A DNA stretch of 64,000 nt from positions 496,930-560,929 of the forward strand of contig CAUOWK010000001.1 in assembly GCA_963508315.1 (NCBI GenBank), given 5' to 3'. Positions within the stretch are counted from its first letter, which is position 1, and each line of letters opens with the position of its first letter. The notes beneath the pieces were generated by a model. That model ran no database searches and was not told the origin of the DNA. It saw only the letters and a program-made list of their open reading frames with translations. Shown piece by piece: positions 9,701-17,340 of this stretch. The stretch is from an uncultured Sphingorhabdus sp. Its GTDB lineage: Bacteria; Pseudomonadota; Alphaproteobacteria; Sphingomonadales; Sphingomonadaceae. Both the position numbers and the translations under genes were made by a program.

Positions 9701-10466
9701 TCGTTACACGCTACCGTGCCGTAAGGGATGGGCTGCAACTCCGGCTGGCGTATCAGCCCGAGATTATGATCTCGCAAAGTTTGACCGCCGCTTCTCACTT
9801 ATTGGTCGTCCGATAGTCGCGATTGACGATGATAACGACCCATTGCTGATGCTGGCGCCCGGAGTCGTCGAGCGCAGCTTGTTCCATAATTTGGGAGGGG
9901 CGCTCACAGGCGGTCTCCAAAATGAATTCTGGTCGAGCGGGGAGATGCAAAAGTTCGCCAGCAGGCGCGGCGACGAGACTGGTTTGGCGTTTAATGATGA
10001 ACTCGCCCGCGAGCTGGTCGCTCTCGGCTTGGAAGCCCACGCCTCAGCGAAGCTCACTTGGTGCCTAAATCACAAAGGGACAGATGAGGTGAAGCGGCTC
10101 GGTGACGTCGATGTATTGGTATTTTCACCAGATCGCACACGTGTTTGGGTTATCGAGGCCAAGGATTTGAAGATGTGTCGGACACTCGGTGAAACGGCGC
10201 GCCGTCTGTCCGAATATCAAGGAATAACAAAGGAAAACGGGAAGCCGGACAATTTGTTGAAGCACCTCAACCGCGTCGATTATGTTAGAAAATATGCCTC
10301 CGACCTTCAAAGTCGCTTCAAGCTGACACACCTGCCGAAAGTTTCGGGTATGGTGGTCGTAGGATCGCCGCAGCCAATGGAGATGATCGCAATCAAGGGC
10401 GGAAAGGATGCGGTGACGGTGCGAAAGGAAAGTCTGTTACAAGTGCCGTGGGACGACGGATATTGA
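6726..10466 (+). CDS. Large uncharacterised protein (1246 aa) with C-terminal PD-(D/E)XK/NERD-like nuclease motifs
   Basis: 3.7-kb open frame; C-terminal LGDVDVLVFSPDRTRVWVIEAKDL and KHLNR resemble PD-(D/E)XK motifs II-IV; first ~1000 aa not recognised. Confidence 0.75.
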   Translation: MDIDAIIAANAPPDTPSGAITNTPKLYSFFRKLDAVGTASMLAGLQTFSDHQANYRLEWAARLALAVGSGNILPNPPQLRTLLNDLLEKSRVNRLEDPLEDVMVSAIPTAQGDYRLLTGLWEKAAHHTESVLRAFERLPDDEQKQAALIRAYALLQISDLICERSNLAANAMGVSNPREPMRLTGVGLLATAKARVEFGWDELTALGVSKEILTPFLLPPTAFADLLEKALGDSELEFRPLVQTEAGIAVVAPTNLSTAIRSHLINLAIAGGQGDALRRKLLLVHSEIIETGSFTRMVGQISAFGHDGYCREHIQKLCEGRYVHAIQAIDGFGAWPKNAFCADSDVGSNAFGNALAGAIATAQAEIEAKTDFIAGVSFVFLSGWGSGHSFSWPRNAAMSRWQIIFMEPEDAMFLGACEDGKIEDIWRMDKQRELVAAQGFHFQNANGLLNIFEWWRSTNSMFIPEHVLDAQPPTTIYFDTNLLLEARREAVEALGRHCLPTPSGNPLLVMRLDTKSHFSGRQPVFASMAAAKSGILMAAVECERGVVWVQLMTDRDDPNAFDAHETWSALLAWAGRLLDPFLRQHGLQLNKPILIRFVVGFQKDRDLQDMTDAEILETVSVGWDHVSGCIGLFAAPAWHIGLQRKENIAEAVLAANFLSGVASATGTTISPAHLVDFAVKEIGSPFARWRHSFLAERPIDMLKALGLVPRFRAIPQSAAALVKTGLGWMSQSRSDGYLIEGKAECRAFLDDQHNRLLHSLLIEVAKYDRHSLVGACLTAMQAAQGDGRGWQETALALQSIHGRQEDFDVSFNQGGKANAVIRAASMLVELAVAESPVSGGRPIGYFDFDELQAHAALLFKNADTIPAIEGGWIKATIKIAPTGDVLLDRSFEEASLQKAAEIRHQGERDTKAERQGNTSTDPGGMSDPGAALTAAIEAEFGVGDDLYFGFANALSIIAETVKSGVFSMRRSELRMAVNGQDEQLRDLSPLIDRYTLPCRKGWAATPAGVSARDYDLAKFDRRFSLIGRPIVAIDDDNDPLLMLAPGVVERSLFHNLGGALTGGLQNEFWSSGEMQKFASRRGDETGLAFNDELARELVALGLEAHASAKLTWCLNHKGTDEVKRLGDVDVLVFSPDRTRVWVIEAKDLKMCRTLGETARRLSEYQGITKENGKPDNLLKHLNRVDYVRKYASDLQSRFKLTHLPKVSGMVVVGSPQPMEMIAIKGGKDAVTVRKESLLQVPWDDGY

Positions 10467-10508
10467 GCGTCAGTCTTGCACATTGCTTCGATTTGCCAGT
10501 CCGAGTTG

Positions 10509-11897
10509 TCAATCCGGTGGACCCATTGCTGCGTTTTCGATCACGCGGTCTGTGTGAGCAACCATTTCGTTGTACCACCGGCTCAGCTGCTTGTTTGACA
10601 CAGCTTCCGCGCGGAGCCCGTCTGCACCGATAAGCGACAGCGAGCTTAGCAAGGCACTGCGCCCGATGTCCGCCCCTAAGCCGACGCCTTCGTAAACCAG
10701 ATCCGATGTAGGCGACAACGAGCCGTGAACTAGTTTTGAGCGGATATCATAGGCACGCTTGGTGTCATCGCGCCACTTCTCGCGATTTTCCGCTGTTGGT
10801 TCTTCGAGACAGAGCGCGGCAACTCGCGATGATACCATCGCGGCGATGTCGTCTTTCTCATCGGTCATCACCATTCGTTCCAGCGCAGTGACATATTTGA
10901 CAGCTTTGGCTCCTTGGGACGTCTCGCGGACAGCTTCACCATACCATTGAGCGGCGTCGAGAAACCTGTCGCTGATTGGCCTTTGAAGTGCAGGGTTTGC
11001 AGCAGCTTCGAGTGCTATTCCAAGTCCATTGATTGCTGCTTGCGCTTCCTCATCTGAAAAGAGACTGAGCCAATCATCGTTAAACCCAACTTCGCCGGGG
11101 CCGCCATAAGAGGCGCGATATGAAAGCTCACCCACATCATTGGTATTGAATCCACCGCGTTTGTCATACCCGATGCCGGGTCCGCCTACGGTCATTTTCT
11201 TTGAGTGCCGAGCACCAAACAGGACATGAAGGCAATTCAAAGCCGCGAAGACGGCTTTGGTCGCAGTGGATTCAGATACGTCCTTGTCACAGCCGGTTAC
11301 AGTGATCTCAGCCACCCATCCAAAGGTTTTGAAATAGCGAACGGCATCAAAAATGACACGACGGTTTAGCTTCCGATCAATCACGCGGTTCGCAATAATG
11401 AGATCAGCCAGCTTTTTTCGGAATGTAGCTCGATTAAGAAATCGGACTGGGCCAAGCTGGAATGTAGATGGCTGCTGCGACAGCATAAGGTGGCACGGAA
11501 CATAGTGCGTGAGATCGGACGTAGTCGCTGCGATACGACGGGCGGTTTCTGATAGCGCACGATCAATATGCTTGATCTCAATTGGCCGTCCTTCACGAAC
11601 GAACTTACGAACCAAGACTTCTGCCATCACCTTCCGGGCTGGCTCGATCGAAACCAGCCGTTGAAGCTTCTCCCGTTCCAACGCGACACGGGTAATGCCT
11701 TCTAACTTACCAAAGCCAGCTCTGCTGCACATCATCTTACCGTTAGGCCAGTTGTGTGTCGGATGCGGCAAATCGCAGAAAGCGTCTTCACGCGGCAGAT
11801 CGGCGAAGCGGCCCTCATTCACCATAGCATTAAGACGTGCGCACTCTTCAAAAATGAAGGCAACATCCGCTATCAATTGATCTTTGCTAATCCCCAT
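10509..11897 (-). CDS. HEPN-domain protein (Apea-like HEPN at C-terminus)
   Basis: FLDAAQWYGEA, YVTALERMV and AYDIRSKLVHG (RxxxxH) pattern typical of Apea-like HEPN. Confidence 0.75.
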   Translation of the reverse strand: MGISKDQLIADVAFIFEECARLNAMVNEGRFADLPREDAFCDLPHPTHNWPNGKMMCSRAGFGKLEGITRVALEREKLQRLVSIEPARKVMAEVLVRKFVREGRPIEIKHIDRALSETARRIAATTSDLTHYVPCHLMLSQQPSTFQLGPVRFLNRATFRKKLADLIIANRVIDRKLNRRVIFDAVRYFKTFGWVAEITVTGCDKDVSESTATKAVFAALNCLHVLFGARHSKKMTVGGPGIGYDKRGGFNTNDVGELSYRASYGGPGEVGFNDDWLSLFSDEEAQAAINGLGIALEAAANPALQRPISDRFLDAAQWYGEAVRETSQGAKAVKYVTALERMVMTDEKDDIAAMVSSRVAALCLEEPTAENREKWRDDTKRAYDIRSKLVHGSLSPTSDLVYEGVGLGADIGRSALLSSLSLIGADGLRAEAVSNKQLSRWYNEMVAHTDRVIENAAMGPPD

Positions 11898-11918
11898 CGA
11901 CGCTGACTGGCCTGTTCC

Positions 11919-14900
11919 TCACGCGGCATAGCGCCCATCGGGCAACCGCCGTGCCTGACCAATGGCTGTCAGCGCATCCAGCACCGGTGTAACACCTTTT
12001 GCATTCGTGCCCTGGATGGCGCGGGCGATGTCGCGGGGGTGTTGGGGGATTGGGGCTGCGGCGAGAATAGCGGCGACGGCGCTGACTTGTTCGGCGAGCG
12101 TCTTAGGCCAGGGGATGATTGCTGAGGGTGCGGCAACCGGGGCATCTCCGAGGTCGAGCGTGGCGTTGACTTGCGGGGCCGTGGCACCGGGGGACTGGAA
12201 TTCGGGACGAAGCCAGCGGATCACGCCCTTTGCCTCTTCGGTGGCACGGGTCTTGTTGAGTGCAACCAAGCGCGTGAGGATGTCTTCATCGCTCAGGTCA
12301 GCGGGCCAGCCATAGGCTTCGGCGACGGCCGTATCTATTGCATCGTGATGCTGCCGGATCAGCGTCACCAACCCGCGATCATGGATGTCGCGCTCCTTAT
12401 CGGTCAGTGCGCGGCCTGCTCTCAATGCTTCCACCACGTTATAGAGGCCGGTCAGGGTCAGATCGTCATGCGCGGCCAGCACTTGTTTACGCAAGGCGTC
12501 GAGCGCTTCCGCTTCGGAGCGGATGCGGGATTTGAGCGGATCGGGAACATCTGCCGGGAATGGGAAAGGGTCGAAGCAACGCGACTTCACATAGACCGGG
12601 TCGTCACCCATCCCCAATCGCCCACCGCTTTCAATGGCCCACGGCACATGAAAACGGCTCGAAAGAACACCAAGGAAATAAGCGTCATCAAGTGCGATGC
12701 AGGCCAGCTTGTTATCCGGCAGGATCGACATGGGGAGGAACTGGAACACGCGGTGTTTGGCGGTTTCGATGGTTGCGATGTAGCGCGTCACCCCTGATAG
12801 TGCTTTGCGGAGTTCACTACGTGCTTCACCGAACAACCACCAATTATCACGATAGCTGGCGCGATTGTTCTGCTCACGGTGTGGCTTCACTGTTGTCGCA
12901 ACATGCTGATAGACCGCTGGATAGCGATCCCTGACTTGCGCTTCGGTCAGGCCGTAAAGGTCGATCACTTTCACCCCGCGCGGACGGGAAGCAAGATCGC
13001 GCCCGTTGCGATAGTCAAAAATCACTTGGACATCGCCCGCACCGCCCGTGCGAATTCGCGCTTCCTCCCGTTTTCCATCATCCAAGGATGCAGAACCTTG
13101 GCCTTCTTCGGGGTGACGTAAGAAGGCTTGTGGACGACCCACAACGCCACTCGGACGTCCCGCCCACGCCGAAGCAGGATCGAGTAATACCACCTGCGCA
13201 GGCGTGACGATAAAGCCGTCGCCCATTAACTGGACGCCGCGTGAGGCGAGCTTATCATTTGCCTTCAACGGAATTGTGGACGCAACATTCGCACCAATGC
13301 GTAGGTCGGCGCTAATCTGCCCGATATTGATGCCGAATGTAACCGTTTGCGGTGCCGCAGTTTCGTCCAAAACGGTTTGCATCATCCCTGAATCGCGCCC
13401 GGATTTTCGTTGCGGTTCAACCACGGTCATAGCGATGCGGACGGCGGCCCCGTCCTTTTCATCTACCCAAGGGTGATTGGGAATCGCAAATCTCAGGCTG
13501 ACGCCTGCCTTGGCATCCAGATGTTTGGCGATAACGCGACGGCTGAAAACCTGCGTAATGCTGTTGGTGGTGACGAAGCCAAAGCGCCGGGACTTGTCCT
13601 TGCGTAGCGCAACCGCCGCCTTATCCCACCAGTGCATAACAAAATCCGCGCTTTCGGGAACATCGGTGGTCTTGAACAGCGCATCAAAATAGCCGCCACC
13701 CAATCGCTCACGCACATCCTTGCCGCCAATAAACGGTGGATTGCCAACGATGAAATCGGCCTTTGGCCACTTCGCGGCCTTGGGCGTGACGTAACGCTCC
13801 ACCTCTACCCGCGCATCCTCATCTGGCACTTTTTTGCCCGTTACGGGATGCAGCTTCATCGTCTCACCGTCCCAGCGTGTGAGCGGCTTGCCATGCTCGT
13901 CCCGCTCCAGCACTTTCTTGTCCCAAGTAATCAGCGCATCGCGGTTTTCGATGGTCTTCACGTCGCGCAGTACGGGTTCGGGCGGCACTTTGCCTTCGCC
14001 GTTCACGCGGAAATGCCATTGCAGATAGCCGATCCACAACACGAGTTGGGCAATCGCCGCCGCGCGGGGGTTGATCTCGATGCCGAGGAAATTTTCGGGC
14101 GTAATCGTGTGACCGCTTAGCTCTGCCACTGCCTGCTTCTCGCCGTCGGGTTCGAGTTCGGCCAGTCGTCCGATCACTTCGCCCTCCAGCTCCTTCATCC
14201 GGGCAAGCGCGACATAAAGGAAGTTTCCGGTGCCGCAGGCAGGATCAAGCACTTTGATCTGGGCGAGTTGCGCATGGAATTTCTCGATTACGGCGTGGGC
14301 TTCTTCGGCCTTACCCGCCTCAATCAACTGACCGGCAGCGGCCTGCACCCCAGCCCAATCGGCGCGCAGCGGCTCCATGATCGTCGGCATGACGAGCCGC
14401 TCGACATAGGCGCGCGGGGTGTAATGCGCGCCGAGCTTGGCACGTTCCTTACCATCCAACGCGCGTTCAAGCAGCGTGCCGAAGATCGCGGGTTCGACAT
14501 GGTTCCACTTGTGCGTTGCCGCCTCGATCAACAGGCCGATCTCGTCGGCATTGAGCGCAATCGCCGTGGTATCTTTGAACAGATAGCCGTTGAAGTGCAG
14601 CACCGTTTCGCCAGCTTCGCCCAGAACACCGGCCAAACCGCCCTTATCCATCGCCTGCCATAGCGATGACAGGTTCGGCGCGAAGTTCTCCGGGCGCTTC
14701 TGCATCCGGGTAAGGAAGTTCGTGAAGCTGCCTTCCGGGATCAACTGCACATCCTCGGCGAACATCGTGAACAGGCAGCGCATCAGGAAATCGGCGACGC
14801 GGGTGGGGTTCTGCTCACTCTTTTCCAGGCGTTTGGAAAGTTCCGCCAGATGCCCGGCAATCTCGCGTGTAACGCGGGCGGCTTCTTTTGACGGGTCAAG

Positions 14901-15530
14901 ACTGAGCGGGTCCGTCCAGATCGTCGCAAGCCGCGTGCGGACGTCATCGCTCCGCAAATCGTCTAGCGCGATGCGGAAACGGGCGGCATCTGGGAATTGG
15001 GTGTATTGCTTCCCGGTTCCGCTGAAATCGGCATAGACGTCGATGCAGTGGCCGACGTCGGTGACGAGCAGGAAGGGCGGCCAACCGTGATCAATCGGCA
15101 GCGCCTTGGCATAGCGTTCGGCCTGTCCGCGCGCCTCGACCATTGCCTTTGACCAAGTGGGTGTGCCGCGCTTGGCCGTGCCGCGCTTGAAACGGGCGGC
15201 GGCGGTCTGGCCGAAAATGTCGAGGTCGGCTTCGCCCTGTTCTGCGGCCTTGCGGTCGGCGTCGCTGCCCTGTTTGGCCTCCAGCACGAAGCAGTGGCGT
15301 TTGTAGGCGTCGATTCGGCCGAAACTTTCGGTGCCATCGGCTTCCTTCTGGAACACGCGACGCTCGAACACATAATCATTGTGGGTGTCATCGGTGCGGC
15401 TGCCCTTGGGCGGATCGACGCCGATCAGGGCGCAAAGGCCGTTGACGAAACTTTGCGTGTTCGCGAGTTCAGAGCCGCCGGTCAGCGCCCATTCGGAAAT
15501 GAAGGATTCGAGTTTGTCGCTATCTGACAC
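11919..15530 (-). CDS. MmeI-like type IIL single-chain restriction endonuclease / N6-adenine methyltransferase
   Basis: N-terminal ELANTQSF and RIDAY..FVLEAK nuclease motifs; GAHYTP, VLDPACGTGNFL (motif I), IVGNPPF (motif IV); C-terminal target-recognition region; GTG start. Confidence 0.9.
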   Translation of the reverse strand: MSDSDKLESFISEWALTGGSELANTQSFVNGLCALIGVDPPKGSRTDDTHNDYVFERRVFQKEADGTESFGRIDAYKRHCFVLEAKQGSDADRKAAEQGEADLDIFGQTAAARFKRGTAKRGTPTWSKAMVEARGQAERYAKALPIDHGWPPFLLVTDVGHCIDVYADFSGTGKQYTQFPDAARFRIALDDLRSDDVRTRLATIWTDPLSLDPSKEAARVTREIAGHLAELSKRLEKSEQNPTRVADFLMRCLFTMFAEDVQLIPEGSFTNFLTRMQKRPENFAPNLSSLWQAMDKGGLAGVLGEAGETVLHFNGYLFKDTTAIALNADEIGLLIEAATHKWNHVEPAIFGTLLERALDGKERAKLGAHYTPRAYVERLVMPTIMEPLRADWAGVQAAAGQLIEAGKAEEAHAVIEKFHAQLAQIKVLDPACGTGNFLYVALARMKELEGEVIGRLAELEPDGEKQAVAELSGHTITPENFLGIEINPRAAAIAQLVLWIGYLQWHFRVNGEGKVPPEPVLRDVKTIENRDALITWDKKVLERDEHGKPLTRWDGETMKLHPVTGKKVPDEDARVEVERYVTPKAAKWPKADFIVGNPPFIGGKDVRERLGGGYFDALFKTTDVPESADFVMHWWDKAAVALRKDKSRRFGFVTTNSITQVFSRRVIAKHLDAKAGVSLRFAIPNHPWVDEKDGAAVRIAMTVVEPQRKSGRDSGMMQTVLDETAAPQTVTFGINIGQISADLRIGANVASTIPLKANDKLASRGVQLMGDGFIVTPAQVVLLDPASAWAGRPSGVVGRPQAFLRHPEEGQGSASLDDGKREEARIRTGGAGDVQVIFDYRNGRDLASRPRGVKVIDLYGLTEAQVRDRYPAVYQHVATTVKPHREQNNRASYRDNWWLFGEARSELRKALSGVTRYIATIETAKHRVFQFLPMSILPDNKLACIALDDAYFLGVLSSRFHVPWAIESGGRLGMGDDPVYVKSRCFDPFPFPADVPDPLKSRIRSEAEALDALRKQVLAAHDDLTLTGLYNVVEALRAGRALTDKERDIHDRGLVTLIRQHHDAIDTAVAEAYGWPADLSDEDILTRLVALNKTRATEEAKGVIRWLRPEFQSPGATAPQVNATLDLGDAPVAAPSAIIPWPKTLAEQVSAVAAILAAAPIPQHPRDIARAIQGTNAKGVTPVLDALTAIGQARRLPDGRYAA

Positions 15531-15587
15531 GGATTGTCTTTAGCCGTCGAAGCTCATTACTCGCAATCAACAAACGGCGTAGCAGTT

Positions 15588-16709
15588 TCATTTGGAATCA
15601 ACGCCCTCATCGACGGTAAGCCAATACCGCGCATAGCGCCGCTCGCCAGTGCGGGTCAGCGCACCCTTTTCGATCAAGTCGTTCAGATCGCGGGTAGCAG
15701 TCGCCAGACTGGCATCCGTGATCGTCCGGTAATTCCCGGCGCTCAAACCACCCGCAAAGCCGTCCGGCCCTTCACGAAACAGGCGCAGCAAAGCCTTTTC
15801 CTGCCGTTCGTTGATCTGCCCACGCAAGCGATCCAGCAGTCGCGTCTTGTCGATCAGGAAGCGGATACGCGTGATCGTCCGCGCCTGCGCCTCGATGACA
15901 ATATCGGCAAACCATGTCAGCCAGGCATCAATGTCGTTGCTCTGGCTGCCGAGCTGGAGGGCGGCATAATAGGCTTTGCGGTGGCGATGGATCGTTTCCG
16001 CGAGCGCCGTCAGCGTCGGGGCCGCAAGGTTTTGCGCCAAAGCCTTTTCAGCAATCGCGCGCCCGATCCGGCCATTGCCATCCTCGAAGGGATGGATGCT
16101 CTCAAACCACAGGTGCGAGATAGCGGCTCGGGTGATCGCCGGAAGCGGGTTCGCAGATGCCGGTGCGCTGTCGTTGAACCACGCTATGAAACGGGACATT
16201 TCCGCAGGAACGGTATCGGACGGCGGTGCCTCGAAATGCACACGCGGCGCGTGAAGCGCGCCCGAAACGATCTGCATCGCATCTTCATGGCTGCGATAGC
16301 GCCCGACATCGGCAATATCGCGCCGCACGTTCATCAACATTGCGTGCCATGCGAACAGGGTCTGGTCGTCAAGCGGTGCAGCATGGTTGCGGTAAACATC
16401 GGCCATCAATTCAGCGGCCCCGGCCTCTGCCGCACTGGCGCGGCGCTGGTCGGTGGCAAAGCCCAGATGCCGTGCAAGCGACGACTGAACGCTGGCGCGG
16501 TCGAGGATTTCACCTTCGATGGCGGAGCTATCGACCACTTCTTGTGAAATCAGTTCGATGGTCAGGCCATCGCGCGCATCGGCGTCAAGGTGGTGCAGCG
16601 CGCCAATGACGACGCCCGAGCCTTTCAGGAATTGCTCGTCGGACGCGCGGATGCGATCCGCGTCGAAGCGGAAATCAGGCCAGTCGGGAAGTTGCCAGTT
16701 CCAGCGCAT
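15588..16709 (-). CDS. Fic family protein with DUF4172-type N-terminus and C-terminal wHTH
   Basis: MRWNWQLPDWP start, canonical HPFEDGNGRIGR Fic motif, ATATRDLNDL helix. Confidence 0.92.
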   Translation of the reverse strand: MRWNWQLPDWPDFRFDADRIRASDEQFLKGSGVVIGALHHLDADARDGLTIELISQEVVDSSAIEGEILDRASVQSSLARHLGFATDQRRASAAEAGAAELMADVYRNHAAPLDDQTLFAWHAMLMNVRRDIADVGRYRSHEDAMQIVSGALHAPRVHFEAPPSDTVPAEMSRFIAWFNDSAPASANPLPAITRAAISHLWFESIHPFEDGNGRIGRAIAEKALAQNLAAPTLTALAETIHRHRKAYYAALQLGSQSNDIDAWLTWFADIVIEAQARTITRIRFLIDKTRLLDRLRGQINERQEKALLRLFREGPDGFAGGLSAGNYRTITDASLATATRDLNDLIEKGALTRTGERRYARYWLTVDEGVDSK

Positions 16710-16728
16710 GATGGATAAGATGCCTTTC

Positions 16729-16762
16729 TATCAATCACGATATAGCATAATAATGATTGATA
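16729..16762. promoter_or_regulatory. Inverted repeat upstream of fic (candidate operator)
   Basis: TATCAATCA-N16-TGATTGATA, ending 20 bp upstream of the fic ATG. Confidence 0.5.
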
Positions 16763-17100
16763 AAGCGATAGCCAATCGCTCACAAGCGATGCTTCCCGCC
16801 GTCGTTTTGTAGCGACCGCCGAATTTTGCGCACCGCTTAAACCCCAAAAAGTTGCAGTGACCCTCTCTTAAGTCACAAAAAGTTGCGCTGGGCCTTCCGA
16901 CCAAGGCTCATGTGGACGCTTCGCGGTGTCATTTTGCGGCGATGGCCGAATCCCGTCCGGGATTCCAATGGCCAGCATGACAATGCCGTTCGATTGTCAT
17001 TTCGCCTGAAGCGGGGCGCGGCCCGTTCGGGCCACCATACCCCGCTTTGGCATTATCCCGCCACCGTGCGGTGGCGTAATTGGATCATGCTAAGAGGGGA

Positions 17101-17154
17101 TGGTGCGGGCGGCGGGAATCGAACCCGCACCCCTCTCGGAACGGGATTTTGAGT
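17101..17154 (-). tRNA. 3' half of tRNA-Leu(CAA): att-site remnant, not an intact tRNA
   Basis: Reverse complement ACTCAAAATCCCGTTCCGAGAGGGGTGCGGGTTCGATTCCCGCCGCCCGCACCA has anticodon loop, long variable arm, T-arm and CCA; tRNA similarity stops at the anticodon loop. Confidence 0.85.
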
Positions 17155-17213
17155 GGGACGAGACTTCCGTAAGTATCTGTATATGAAAGATTTAATTTGG
17201 TCAAGCCAGAAAC

Positions 17214-17234
17214 TGTGTAAGGTTTTGTGTAAGG
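17214..17234 (+). repeat. Tandem TGTGTAAGG x2 (12-bp period), candidate integrase arm-type sites
   Basis: TGTGTAAGG at 17214-17222 and 17226-17234, 60 bp from the tRNA-Leu remnant. Confidence 0.65.
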
Positions 17235-17340
17235 TTAACCTCGATACTCGGCATCCTCTCGGAGCCGTACGTCCGCCGCCGCTACGCCGAGGAACTAGAA
17301 AAGGCGCAGCGCGAGCTGTTCGGCGAGACGTAGGCCCGGC

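Noticed and set aside
17101-17154. Intact tRNA genes at 17101 and 23840
   Set aside because: D-arm and 5' acceptor strand are absent; these are att remnants. The GAA triplet in the second copy is not taken as evidence for tRNA-Phe because of the long Leu-type variable arm.
17155-17164. TCGTCCC shared between the Leu-scar flanks (minus strand) and the tRNA-Pro core
   Set aside because: Only 7 bp and in opposite orientation; could be chance.
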